A DNA stretch of 64,000 bases from Thalassobaculaceae bacterium (GCA_963665555.2 CAXXXW010000001.1:1914-65913), one strand, 5' to 3'; counted from the first letter of the stretch, positions 1-9,333 are shown. A program made the numbers and translations. Notes: generated by a model not told the origin, from the sequence alone.

Positions 1-1881
1 GACAACACGCACCCGAGTTTCGACGAGTTCGACGAACTCCGGAACCCGCCCCCCGAAACCGTCGATTTCGACGAGGTGGTCGAGCGCGCGATGTCGCGCC
101 GCGGCTTCCTCGGCGCCGCCGCGCTGGGCGGCGCGGCCCTGGCGCTCGGAACGACCGCGCTCGCGCCGCTCCCGGCCCGCGCCGCCGGCCGCTTCGGCTT
201 CGCGGCCGTCGCCGCCAACACCGAGGACACGGTGACCGTGCCGGCGGGCCACAGCTGGCACATCGTCGTCCGCTGGGGCGACCCGATGTGGTCCGACGCG
301 CCGGAGTTCGACGAGGCGACGACCGGGACCGCCGCCAGCCAGGCGCGCCAGTTCGGCGACAACAACGACGGCATGGCGCTGTTCGTCCGCGACGGGCGCC
401 GCGTCCTCGCCGTCAACAACGAGTACACCAACCGCTCGATCATGTACCACGCGCGCGAAAGCAAGCTGCCGGAGACGGTCGACGACGCGGCCAAGGGCAA
501 GGCGGCGCACGGCGTCTCCGTCGTCGAGGTCGCGCCGACGGACGGGCGTTGGGGCATCGTGAAGGATTCGCCCTACAACCGCCGCATCGACGCCGACGCG
601 CCGATGGAGATCACCGGGCCGGCGGCGGGCCACGACCTCTTGAAGACGGAAGCCGATCCTTCCGGGACGCGCTCGCTCGGCACGTGGAACAACTGCGGCA
701 ACGGCGACACGCCGTGGGGGACCTATCTCGCCTGCGAGGAGAACTTCAACGGCTACTTCTCCTCCAGCGACCCGGACTACGTTCCCTCCGCCGAAATGAA
801 GCGCTACGGCGTCGGCCTCAAGGACTGGGGCTACGCCTGGGCCATGGCGGACGAGCGGTTCGACATTTCCAAACACCCGAACGAGCCGAACCGCGCCGGC
901 TACGTGGTCGAGATCGACCCGCTGGACCCGGCCTCCACGCCGAAAAAGCGCACCGCGCTCGGCCGCTTCAAGCACGAGAACGCCGAGGTCGCGCTGGCCC
1001 GCGACGGGCGCGCGGTGGTCTATCTCGGCGACGACGAGCGGGGCGAGTTCCTCTACCGCTTCGTCTCCGCGCGCGCCTGGAGCGTCGGCGGCGACAATTC
1101 CGACCTGCTGGAGGACGGCGCGCTCTATGTCGCCAAATTCTCCGACGACATGCGCGGCGAGTGGGTCGAGCTGACGCCCGAAGCCACCGGCATGGCGAAC
1201 CGGGCGGAGGTCTGCATCCACACCCGCCAGGCGGCCTCGGCCGTCGGCGCGACCACCATGGACCGGCCGGAATGGGTCGCGGCCAACCCGAACCGGGTCG
1301 AGGCCTATTGCTGCCTCACCAACAACAAGAACCGCGGCGTGAAGCCGAACAAGGGCGGCGACCCGACCCCGGTCGGCGGGCCGAACCCCAGGGAGAAGAA
1401 CAAATACGGCCAGATCGTCCGCTGGGTCCCCGACAACGAGGACCACGCGGCGCCCGGCTTCTCCTGGGACCTGTTCGTCATCGCGGGCAACCCGGCGGTC
1501 CATAGCGACGCGCGGGCCGGCTCGGCGAATGTGACGCCGGAGAACATGTTCAACTCGCCCGACGGCCTCTCCTTCGACAGCGTCGGGATGCTGTGGATCC
1601 AGACCGACGGCAAATACACCGACGAGGGCGATTTCGCCGGCCAGGGCAACAACCAGATGCTGGTGGGCGATCCCGACAGCGGCGAAATCCGCCGCTTCAT
1701 GGTCGGCCCGCGCGAGTGCGAGATCACCGGCATCGCCTGGAGTCCGGACCGGCGGACGGTCTTCGTCGGCCTCCAGCATCCGGGCGAGAAGGGCGGCAGC
1801 CACTTCCCCGGCGGCGGCGATTCCCTGCCGCGTTCGGCCATCGTCGCCATCCAGCGCGACGACGGCGGCCGGATCGGCTGA
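1..1881 (+). CDS. phoX: PhoX-family alkaline phosphatase (DUF839). The 5' end may lie upstream of the window; alternative starts are GTG 76 and ATG 91.
   Basis: Frame 1 is open from base 1. Twin-arginine signal MSRRGFLGAAALGG...PARAA. PhoX-like blocks NNEYTN, GRFKHENAEV, DRPEWVAANP, NSPDGLSFD, ITGIAWSPD. Stop TGA at 1879-1881. Confidence 0.85.
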   Translation, partial: DNTHPSFDEFDELRNPPPETVDFDEVVERAMSRRGFLGAAALGGAALALGTTALAPLPARAAGRFGFAAVAANTEDTVTVPAGHSWHIVVRWGDPMWSDAPEFDEATTGTAASQARQFGDNNDGMALFVRDGRRVLAVNNEYTNRSIMYHARESKLPETVDDAAKGKAAHGVSVVEVAPTDGRWGIVKDSPYNRRIDADAPMEITGPAAGHDLLKTEADPSGTRSLGTWNNCGNGDTPWGTYLACEENFNGYFSSSDPDYVPSAEMKRYGVGLKDWGYAWAMADERFDISKHPNEPNRAGYVVEIDPLDPASTPKKRTALGRFKHENAEVALARDGRAVVYLGDDERGEFLYRFVSARAWSVGGDNSDLLEDGALYVAKFSDDMRGEWVELTPEATGMANRAEVCIHTRQAASAVGATTMDRPEWVAANPNRVEAYCCLTNNKNRGVKPNKGGDPTPVGGPNPREKNKYGQIVRWVPDNEDHAAPGFSWDLFVIAGNPAVHSDARAGSANVTPENMFNSPDGLSFDSVGMLWIQTDGKYTDEGDFAGQGNNQMLVGDPDSGEIRRFMVGPRECEITGIAWSPDRRTVFVGLQHPGEKGGSHFPGGGDSLPRSAIVAIQRDDGGRIG

Positions 1882-1907
1882 CGGCCGCGCGTAACGACGA
1901 CCCCCGG

Positions 1908-1940
1908 CCCGGCGGCTTCCCGCAAAGGGCGGCCGCCGGG
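1908..1940 (+). terminator. GC-rich hairpin downstream of phoX; putative intrinsic terminator without a U-tract.
   Basis: cccggcggc (1908-1916) pairs perfectly with gccgccggg (1932-1940). The 15-nt loop has inner ccc/ggg pairing. The hairpin begins 27 nt after the phoX stop. Confidence 0.3.
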
Positions 1941-2012
1941 CGCGCGGCCGCTTCCCATTCCCGCGCGCCGGCGCCAGACTGGCCGGCGCGTCGGGGAGCC
2001 CGGGGGGCGGGA

Positions 2013-3007
2013 ATGCGGATGCGGATCGAGGAGGCGCGGACATTCGCCGAGAACGCGCTCGGGGCGCTCGGCTACTCCGAGGCCGAGGCGGCGATCGTCG
2101 CCGACCACCTGGTCGATTGCGAGTTGCGCGGCCTGCATTACGGCGGGATGCCGCGCCTGGTCAGCATCGCCGAACGCCTGCGCCGGACCGGCCCGCCCGC
2201 CGAGCCGATCGCGGTGGCGCGCGAGACGCCGGTCTCCGCCCTGGTGGACGGCAAGGACCATGTGGGCTACCTCGTGGCGCGCAAGGCGATGGAGATCGCC
2301 ATCGAGAAGGCGTCGGCCATGGGCGTCGCCGTCGTCGGCGGCAAGGACACCTGGTACACCGGGATGCTGTCCTACTTCGCGGAGATGGCGGCGGCGCGCG
2401 GGCTGGTCTCGACGATCGCGTCCAACGCCACGCCCTGGGTCGCGCCGCACGGGGCGACGGAGGGGCGGTTCGGCACCAACCCGGTCTGTTTCGGCTTCCC
2501 GTCCGAGGGCGACCCGGTGATCTGGGACATCGGCACCTCGGCGATCATGCACGCCGAGATCGTGCTGGCCCGCCGGCTCGGCGCGCCGCTGCCCGAAGGC
2601 GTCGCCTTCGACGCGGCGGGGCGCCGACGACGGACCCCGACGCCGCGCTCGCCGGCGCCTTCGCGGCCTGGGGCGGGCACAAGGGGTCCGGCCTCGGCCA
2701 TGTCGTGCAGCTTCTGGGCGCGATGGCCGGCTCGCCGGTCCTTCCCCCGGACCTCGCCGGGTTCGGCTTTACGATCGTCGCCATGAAGCCGGGCCTGTTC
2801 GGGCCGGAGGCGGAGTTCCGCGCCAAGGTCTCGGCCTATGCCGGGGCGGTGCGCGCGGCCCGGCCGGTCGAGGGCGGCGCGCCGGCGCGGATGCCGTTCG
2901 ACCGTTCGGCGGCGGAGCGCCGCCGGCGGCTGGCCGAGGACGCGATCGAGGTTCCGGACTTCGTGCGCGCCCGCCTCGCCGAACTCGCCGGCGTCCCGGC
3001 CGGCTAG
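2013..3007 (+). pseudogene. Ldh_2-family NAD(P)H oxidoreductase (malate/L-lactate dehydrogenase type 2). The frame is broken by a 1-nt deletion near 2617-2625.
   Basis: The N-terminal part (MRMRIEEARTF..HYGGMPRL..GTNPVCFGFP..IWDIGTSAIMHAEI) is in the frame of ORF 1593..2786. The C-terminal part (APTTDPDAALAGAFAAWGGHKGSGLG..MPFDRSAAERRR) continues in the frame of ORF 2117..3007. The 995-nt span is not a multiple of 3. Confidence 0.8.
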
Positions 3008-3031
3008 GCGGCCGCCGGGGGAGGCGCGCGC

Positions 3032-4555
3032 ATGTCCGGCCACATCCTCGCCATCGACCAGGGCACCACCTCGACCCGCGCGATGGCGTTCGACGGCGAC
3101 ATGCGGGTCGCCGGCGCCGCCCAGCGGGAATTGCCGCAGAGCTATCCCCAACCGGGCTGGGTCGAGCACGATCCCGAACGGATCTGGCGCGACACGGTGG
3201 AAACGGCGCGCGCGGCGCTGGACCGGGCCGGCGCGCCCGCCCGCGCCGTCGCGGGGATCGGCATCGCCAACCAGCGCGAGACGGTGGTGGTCTGGGACCG
3301 CGCGACCGGCGCGCCGGTCCATCCCGCCATCGTCTGGCAGGACCGCCGCACCGCGCCGCTCTGCGAGTCGCTGAAGGCGCGCGGGCTGGAGCCGCTGTTC
3401 GCCCGGCGCACCGGGCTGCTGCTCGATCCCTATTTCTCCGGCACGAAGATCGCCTGGATACTCGACGCGGTTCCCCGCGCGCGGCGGCGGGCCGAGGCCG
3501 GGGAACTGCTGTTCGGCACGATCGACAGCTGGCTGGTCTGGCGGCTGACCGGCGGCAGGGTCCACGCGACGGACGCCACCAACGCCTCGCGCACGCTGCT
3601 CTACGACATCGACGCCGGCCGCTGGGACGGCGCGCTGTTCGCGCTGCTGGACATTCCCGCCGACATGGCGCCGGAGGTCCGCGACTGCGCGGACGATTTC
3701 GGGACGACGGACCCGGCCCTGTTCGGCGCGGCGATCCCGATCCTCGGCGTCGCGGGCGACCAGCAGGCGGCGGCGATGGGCAACGCCTGCTTCGCGCCGG
3801 GAATGCTGAAGGCGACCTACGGGACCGGCTGCTTCGCCCTGCTCGTCACCGGGAGCCGAGCGCGCGGCCTCGGAAGGCCGGCTGCTGACGACCGTCGCGT
3901 ACAGGGGCGGCGGCGAGACGCGCTACGCGCTCGAAGGGTCGATCTTCGTCGCCGGCGCGGCGGTGCAGTGGCTGCGCGACGGGCTGGGGATTATCGAAAC
4001 CGCCGCCGAATCGGGCGCGCTGGCGGAACGGCCCGGGCCGGAGAGCGCGGTCTATATGGTGCCGGCCTTCGCCGGCCTCGGCGCGCCGCACTGGGACGCC
4101 GGCGCGCGCGGCGCCATTTTCGGCCTCACGCGCGATTCCGGGCCGCGCGACCTCGCCCGCGCCGCGCTCGAAAGCGTCGCCTTCCAGACGCTGGACCTGC
4201 TGGAGGCGATGCGCGGCGACTGGGGAGGCGCGGAGCGCGGGACGGGGCGGACGGCGCGTCGGCGGTGCTGCGGGCCGACGGGGGCATGGCCGCCTCCGAC
4301 TGGACGATGCAGCGCCTGGCCGACATCCTGGCCCTGCCCGTGGACCGGCCGAGGGTGCTGGAGACCACCGCGCTCGGCGCGGCCTGGCTGGCCGGCTCGC
4401 GGGCCGGGGTCTGGCCGGGGGCGGAGGGTTTCGCCGAACGCTGGGCGCTCGACCGGCGCTTCCGGCCGGCGATGGCGGAGGACGAGCGCCGCGCGCGGAT
4501 CGCCGGCTGGCGCGACGCCGCGCGGCGCGTGCTCTCGGACTACAAGCGGGATTAG
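3032..4555 (+). CDS. glpK: Glycerol kinase. The central ~390 nt is conserved only in another frame, implying two compensating frameshifts.
   Basis: [31 protein letters not shown] and TYGTGCF (N-terminal) and [28 protein letters not shown] (C-terminal) are in the 3032 frame. [47 protein letters not shown] and [14 protein letters not shown] are readable only in the frame of ORF 3963..4601. RBS gggggagg lies before the ATG. Confidence 0.85.
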   Translation: MSGHILAIDQGTTSTRAMAFDGDMRVAGAAQRELPQSYPQPGWVEHDPERIWRDTVETARAALDRAGAPARAVAGIGIANQRETVVVWDRATGAPVHPAIVWQDRRTAPLCESLKARGLEPLFARRTGLLLDPYFSGTKIAWILDAVPRARRRAEAGELLFGTIDSWLVWRLTGGRVHATDATNASRTLLYDIDAGRWDGALFALLDIPADMAPEVRDCADDFGTTDPALFGAAIPILGVAGDQQAAAMGNACFAPGMLKATYGTGCFALLVTGSRARGLGRPAADDRRVQGRRRDALRARRVDLRRRRGGAVAARRAGDYRNRRRIGRAGGTARAGERGLYGAGLRRPRRAALGRRRARRHFRPHARFRAARPRPRRARKRRLPDAGPAGGDARRLGRRGARDGADGASAVLRADGGMAASDWTMQRLADILALPVDRPRVLETTALGAAWLAGSRAGVWPGAEGFAERWALDRRFRPAMAEDERRARIAGWRDAARRVLSDYKRD

Positions 4556-4579
4556 GCAACCGGACGACGGGAGGAAGGG

Positions 4580-5296
4580 ATGGCCGATTGCACACTGGTG
4601 ACCGGCGGTTCGCGCAATATCGGCCGCGCGATCTGCGAGAGGTTGAGCGCCGACGGCCAGACGGTCGTCCAGTTCGACGTGATCGAGCCGGCGGGCGAGG
4701 GCGCGGCGGAGTTCGTCCGCGTCGACCTCTCCGACGCCGAGGCGGCCGAGGCCGCGCTGTCGGCGCTGCGGGCGCGCCACCGGATCGTGCGGCTGGTCAA
4801 CAATGTCGGCGTCGTCTCGATGGCGCCGGTGGCCGAGACGTCGATGGCGGAGTTCGACCGCGTGCTCGCGATCAACTCGCGGATCGCGCTGCAATGCGCG
4901 CGCGCCGCCGCGCCGGACATGAAGGCGGCCGGCTTCGGGCGCATCGTCAACATCGCCAGCCGGGCGATCGCGGGCATTCCGGGCCTGTCGGTCTACGCCG
5001 CGAGCAAGGCCGCCGTCGTGGGCCTCGCCAAGACCTGGGCGATGGAGCTGGCGCGCGACGGCGTGACGGCGAACGCCATCGCCCCCGGCCCGATCGACAC
5101 CGACATGCTGCGCGCCGCCTGGGAGCCGGACAGCGCGATGTTCCAGTCGCTCCACGAACAGGTCCCGGTGGGCCGGCTGGGCCAGCCGGAGGACATCGCC
5201 AACGCCGCGAGCTTCCTGCTCGACGCGCGCAGCGGCTTCGTCACCGGCCAGGTGCTGCATGTGTGCGGCGGCATGTCGATCGGCCGCGCGGCGTAG
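4580..5296 (+). CDS. Short-chain dehydrogenase/reductase (SDR) family oxidoreductase.
   Basis: [11 protein letters not shown] Rossmann motif, NNVG, catalytic YAASKAAV (YxxxK), PGPIDT. RBS gggaggaaggg directly upstream. Confidence 0.85.
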   Translation: MADCTLVTGGSRNIGRAICERLSADGQTVVQFDVIEPAGEGAAEFVRVDLSDAEAAEAALSALRARHRIVRLVNNVGVVSMAPVAETSMAEFDRVLAINSRIALQCARAAAPDMKAAGFGRIVNIASRAIAGIPGLSVYAASKAAVVGLAKTWAMELARDGVTANAIAPGPIDTDMLRAAWEPDSAMFQSLHEQVPVGRLGQPEDIANAASFLLDARSGFVTGQVLHVCGGMSIGRAA

Positions 5297-5317
5297 GGAA
5301 GGGGGCGCGCGGCGCGC

Positions 5318-6061
5318 TCAGAACTCCGAGAGCAGCCGGCCGTAGCCCTCGATCCGGTCGTCGATCCCGGCCAGCCGCAGCCCGCGCCAGTAGCTCGCCG
5401 CGTTGATGGCGAGCACCGGCTTGCCGCGCCGCGCCTCCTCCGCCGCCGCCTGGCGCATGAAGTGGAGGTTGGTGCCGAACTGGACCAGCGCCTCGACCTC
5501 CGGGCCGTCGATCTCGTCGAGCGCGGCGGACAGCCGCTCCGGCGGCGTCTCGGCGATCGCCACCGGGCTGGGACAGCGCAGGCCGACGAAGCCCGTCACC
5601 TCATGGCCGAGATCGGCGAAGAAGCCCCGGATGTGGCGGTCCGCGACCGGCATGTAGGGCGAGAGGATGGCGATCCGCCGCGCGCCCAGCGCCGCCAGCG
5701 CGTCGGCGATCGCGAAGGAGCCGCCGGTCACCGGCAGCCCCGTCCGCGCCTCCAGTTCGCGCAGCCGCGCCAGCGAGGCCTCGTAGCCGTCCCAGACGAT
5801 CAGCGACGACATGCCGACGACCAGCGCCCCCGGCTCCGCCGCCATCGCGCGGTCCACCGCGTCGGCGTGGCCGTCCATGCTGACCCGGACCATCCGGTCG
5901 AAATCCGCGTCGTCCCGGATCGCCATGTTGGGCAGCGCGATGCGCGCGACATGGTTGGTCACGCCTTCGGGGCGCAGGTCGTCGAAATCGGGCTGGACGA
6001 TCGTGTTGGTGGCCGGGACCGTGACCGCGAGTTTCAGCCGCCATCCGCGCCTGTCCGCCAT
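5318..6061 (-). CDS. Asp/Glu racemase superfamily protein, similar to maleate isomerase and arylmalonate decarboxylase.
   Basis: ATG at 6061 is preceded by GGAGGG and by the TAA of the upstream ORF. Family-like blocks LAVTVPATNTIVQPDF, RIAILSPYMP, EALVQFGTNL, PVLAINAASYW. The ORF-track start at 6250 adds an Arg/Gly-rich extension and is unlikely. Confidence 0.7.
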   Translation of the reverse strand: MADRRGWRLKLAVTVPATNTIVQPDFDDLRPEGVTNHVARIALPNMAIRDDADFDRMVRVSMDGHADAVDRAMAAEPGALVVGMSSLIVWDGYEASLARLRELEARTGLPVTGGSFAIADALAALGARRIAILSPYMPVADRHIRGFFADLGHEVTGFVGLRCPSPVAIAETPPERLSAALDEIDGPEVEALVQFGTNLHFMRQAAAEEARRGKPVLAINAASYWRGLRLAGIDDRIEGYGRLLSEF

Positions 6062-6075
6062 CGCGCCGCCCTCCG

Positions 6076-6273
6076 TTACAGCCGGTCGATCCGGTCCGGC
6101 GCGCGGTTCAGGATTTCCGCGCAGAACCGCCGGGCGTCGGCCTCCGCCTCGTCGGCGGACTCGTATTCGCGCCGCCCGTGGGAGGACGCGAGTTGTTTCC
6201 CGTCCATCCACACGGACCAGGGATGGCGCGCGCGGCCGTCCCGGCTCCACCGCTCGACGAAAACCTCGATCAT
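6076..6273 (-). CDS. Hypothetical 65-aa protein with no family recognised.
   Basis: Sits between the LLM gene (stop at 6299) and the racemase-like gene (start at 6061), leaving only 25-nt and 14-nt gaps. Normal, non-Arg-rich composition: MIEVFVERWSRDGRARHPWSVWMDGKQL... Confidence 0.45.
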   Translation of the reverse strand: MIEVFVERWSRDGRARHPWSVWMDGKQLASSHGRREYESADEAEADARRFCAEILNRAPDRIDRL

Positions 6274-6298
6274 CGCGCCCCCGCCCCCGGACGCGCCG

Positions 6299-7330
6299 CT
6301 ACAGGCTCGGCCGCGCGTCGATCTTGCGCAGTTCCGGCAGCAGTTCGCGCGACATCGTGTCCATGCTCGCCAGCGACAACTCGGCCGGCATCCCGATCCA
6401 GTGCGTGCGGATCAGGAGGTGGTTCATGCCGAACTCCTCCCAATAGGGGCGCAGCTGCTCGAAACACTCCTCCGGCGAGCCGAGGACGAAGCGGCCCTCC
6501 ACCAGGTCCTCGAACTCCTGGTCGAAGGTCTCGTCCTCGGGCATGACCTTGTCCTGGCCCCAGCTGGCGTAGTTCTTGTACTTGCCGAACAGGTAGGGGC
6601 CGGCGACCTCCATCGCCGTCGCGCGGTCTTTCGCGCAGAAGACCTCCTTCACCACCGGCAGTTCCGCCGGGGCCGGCTTGCCCGCCTCGCGCAGCGCGTC
6701 GCGGTACACGCCCATGTGGCGGCGGATGGTCTCCAGCGTCGAGTGCGGGTTGACGAACCAGCAATCCGTCATGCGGGCCGCGCGCCGGATCGCCCGGTCG
6801 TTGTTGGCCGCGAGCCAGATCGGCGGGCGCGGCTTCTGCACCGGGCGGATGTTCATGCGCACATCGTGGAGCACGCAGGTCTCGCCCTCGTGGCTCACGC
6901 TGTCTTCCGTCCAGAGGCGCTGGATCAGGCCGAGATACTCCTCGAACCGGGCGACGCGCTTGCCCCTGGGCACGCCGAAGGCGTCGAACTCCACGTCGCG
7001 GTAGCCGAGGCCGACGCCGAAGATCAGCCGGCCGCGCGCCAGCACGTCCATGCTGGCGATCGTCTCGGCGGTGTAGACCGGGTTGTGCAGGTTCAGCAGC
7101 AGGATGCCGAGGCCGATTTGCATGTCGCCGGCCTCGGGGATCAGCCGCGAGAGGAAGGGCACGATCTGGAGCTGCTGGTTGTCGCCCTCGTTCAGGTAGT
7201 GCTGCCCCGAAACCAGCGTGTCCCAGCCGTGGTCGCGCATGTGGTGGACCATGGCGATCTGCTCGTCGAGCGCGGCCACCATGTCCGTGTCGACATACTG
7301 CTGGTTGGTGAGGAACAGGCCGATCTTCAT
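6299..7330 (-). CDS. LLM-class (luciferase-like) flavin-dependent oxidoreductase.
   Basis: Start MKIGLFLTNQQY is preceded by GGAGAG. Blocks FGVGLGYRDVEFDAFG, RFEEYLGLIQRLW, PPIWLAANN are typical of luciferase-like monooxygenases. Confidence 0.8.
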   Translation of the reverse strand: MKIGLFLTNQQYVDTDMVAALDEQIAMVHHMRDHGWDTLVSGQHYLNEGDNQQLQIVPFLSRLIPEAGDMQIGLGILLLNLHNPVYTAETIASMDVLARGRLIFGVGLGYRDVEFDAFGVPRGKRVARFEEYLGLIQRLWTEDSVSHEGETCVLHDVRMNIRPVQKPRPPIWLAANNDRAIRRAARMTDCWFVNPHSTLETIRRHMGVYRDALREAGKPAPAELPVVKEVFCAKDRATAMEVAGPYLFGKYKNYASWGQDKVMPEDETFDQEFEDLVEGRFVLGSPEECFEQLRPYWEEFGMNHLLIRTHWIGMPAELSLASMDTMSRELLPELRKIDARPSL

Positions 7331-7450
7331 GGTCTCTCCAGTCCGGGGGTTCGGGCGCCGGCGCGGCGCGGGAAGCGCCATTGTTGCCATGGATCGCCCC
7401 ATGCCTCAACATCGCGCGACGGCGCGGGGCGCGGGCGGGGAGGAGCGGCG

Positions 7451-8758
7451 ATGGACGGCGGGGGTTTCGCGGGCGGCGGACTTGTCGAGGAGGGCGCGCA
7501 CGGCTTCCGGGTCGCGCGCGCCGCCTACACCGATCCGGCGCTGTTCGAGGCGGAGATGGCCGCGATCTTCGAGGGCGGCTGGATCTACGCCTGCCACGAG
7601 AGCCAGATCCCGGAGCACGGCGACTACTACGCCACCCGCGCCGGCCGCCAGCCGGTGTTCCTGGTCCGCGGGTCCGACGGCGCGATCCGCGGCTTCGTCG
7701 ACGCCTGCGCCCATCGCGGCGCGACGCTGACCCGCGCCCGGCGCGGCACGGCCCGGACCATCGTGTGCCGGTTCCACGGCTGGTGCTTCGACACCGAGGG
7801 CAACTGCGTCAGGATCAAGGACGAGGAGGCGGGCTGGCCCGGCGGGGCGGACCGTTCGCGCTTCGCGCTCGCCCGGCTGCCGCGGGTGGAGGCCTACAAG
7901 GGCTTCGTCTTCGCCTCGCTCTCGGCCGACGTCCCGCCGCTCGCCGACGCGCTGGGCGAGGCCCGGCCCTTCATCGACCTGCTCTCCGACCAGTCGCCCG
8001 ACGGCATGGAGGTCGTGCCCGGCGGGCAGACCTACCTGGTGCGCGGCAACTGGAAGCTCCAGGCGGAAAACGGCGTGGACGGCTACCATGTCTCGACCGT
8101 CCACCGGGTGTTCGCCCGCGCCATGGCGATGCGCGAGCGGCTGGGCGACCGGGGCGGGCTGCGCGAGACCGAGGCGGCGCGGATCGTCGGCGCGGTGGAG
8201 AGCGGCGTCTACGACCTCGGCGGCGGCCACATGATGGTCTGGGCGCGGCGCGGCAATCCCGCCGTCGCGCCGCTGGCCGAGCGGCTCGACTGGCTCGAAC
8301 GGACCCACGACGCCGGGAAGGTGGACTGGATGCTGCGGCGCGGCCGCAACCTCTACCTGTTCCCCAATGTGCACCTGATGGACCAGTCCTCGACCCAGAT
8401 CCGCGTCACGATCCCGCTGGCGCCGGACCGGACCGAGATGCGGGTCTATTGCATCGCGCCGAGGGGGGAGAGCCGCGAGGCGCGGGCGGCGCGGCTGCGC
8501 AAGTTCGAGGACTTCTTCATGGTGAGCGGCATGGCGACGCCGGACGACCTGGCCGCGCTGGAGGATGTGCAGCGCGGCTCCGCCGGCCGGCTGGCGCCGT
8601 GGAACGGGATGGACCGGGGCGCGGCCTTCGCGCTCGCCGGGGCCGACGCGGCGGGGGCGGGGCTGGGCGTCCGGCCGGTCTCCTCCAACCCGAAATGGGA
8701 CAGCGAGACGCTCTACCACGGCTTCTGGCGGCACTGGGCGGCGCGCGTCGGCGGTTGA
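7451..8758 (+). CDS. Rieske aromatic-ring-hydroxylating dioxygenase, alpha (large) subunit.
   Basis: Rieske motif CAHRGATL...CRFHGWCF. Mononuclear-iron block NWKLQAENGVDGYHVSTVH. RBS ggggaggag before ATG 7451. The ORF-track ORF 5462..8758 is real only from 7451. Confidence 0.85.
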   Translation: MDGGGFAGGGLVEEGAHGFRVARAAYTDPALFEAEMAAIFEGGWIYACHESQIPEHGDYYATRAGRQPVFLVRGSDGAIRGFVDACAHRGATLTRARRGTARTIVCRFHGWCFDTEGNCVRIKDEEAGWPGGADRSRFALARLPRVEAYKGFVFASLSADVPPLADALGEARPFIDLLSDQSPDGMEVVPGGQTYLVRGNWKLQAENGVDGYHVSTVHRVFARAMAMRERLGDRGGLRETEAARIVGAVESGVYDLGGGHMMVWARRGNPAVAPLAERLDWLERTHDAGKVDWMLRRGRNLYLFPNVHLMDQSSTQIRVTIPLAPDRTEMRVYCIAPRGESREARAARLRKFEDFFMVSGMATPDDLAALEDVQRGSAGRLAPWNGMDRGAAFALAGADAAGAGLGVRPVSSNPKWDSETLYHGFWRHWAARVGG

Positions 8759-8810
8759 GGAACGGGTTGCGCGACGGTTCGCAATTCATTGAACGGAAAC
8801 GGTAACGGCG

Positions 8811-9299
8811 ATGGCGGACCTCGCGGCCTGCGAAGCCCTGCTCTCCCTGGAGGCCGACCTGCTCGACAGGCGGCGCTGGGAGGAGTGGCTCGCGCTCTAC
8901 ACGGAGGACTGCGTGTTCTGGGTCCCGTCCTGGGACACCGAGGAGGCGCTGGTCGAGGACCCGGAACTGTCCGTCAACACGATGTACCTGGTCGGCAAGC
9001 CGGCGCTGGAGGCGCGGCTGCACCGCATCCGCTCGGACGACGCCTACGCCGCCGCGCCGCCGGCGCGCACCGTGCATTCGGTGACCAACGCGCGCGTCGT
9101 CGCGGCCCGGCCCGGCGCGGTGGAGGTGTGGGCCAAGTGGATCGTCCTCTCGCTGGAGCCGCGCCGCGGCAAGTCCTGGCGCGGCGGATGGTACGAATAC
9201 ACGCTGGCGCCGGGCGGCGCGGGCCTGCGCATCGCGCGCAAGAAGGTCGTCCTGATGGAGGATGCGATCGACGGCGCGATCGACATCCACCAGCTCTGA
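8811..9299 (+). CDS. Aromatic-ring-hydroxylating dioxygenase, beta (small) subunit with an NTF2-like fold.
   Basis: 162 aa, starting 52 nt after the alpha-subunit stop. Typical beta-subunit N-terminus [23 protein letters not shown] and [17 protein letters not shown]. Confidence 0.8.
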   Translation: MADLAACEALLSLEADLLDRRRWEEWLALYTEDCVFWVPSWDTEEALVEDPELSVNTMYLVGKPALEARLHRIRSDDAYAAAPPARTVHSVTNARVVAARPGAVEVWAKWIVLSLEPRRGKSWRGGWYEYTLAPGGAGLRIARKKVVLMEDAIDGAIDIHQL

Positions 9300-9333
9300 G
9301 GCGCGCCCGGCGCGGCGCCCCGGATGCCCCCGG

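Noticed and set aside
3850-4250. Programmed ribosomal frameshifting as an explanation for the glpK frame changes, and likewise for the other broken genes.
   Set aside because: No slippery heptamer or downstream structure is evident. Two opposite shifts would be required in glpK. The same kind of short-run indel hits unrelated genes (Ldh_2, TauD, SPFH, sufB, sufC), so sequence error or recent mutation is the simpler explanation.
5462-7450. The upstream two-thirds of ORF 5462..8758, which would make a 1098-aa Rieske protein.
   Set aside because: It runs antisense through the racemase-like gene, the 65-aa ORF and the LLM gene. The Rieske alpha-subunit homology and a good RBS begin at 7451.
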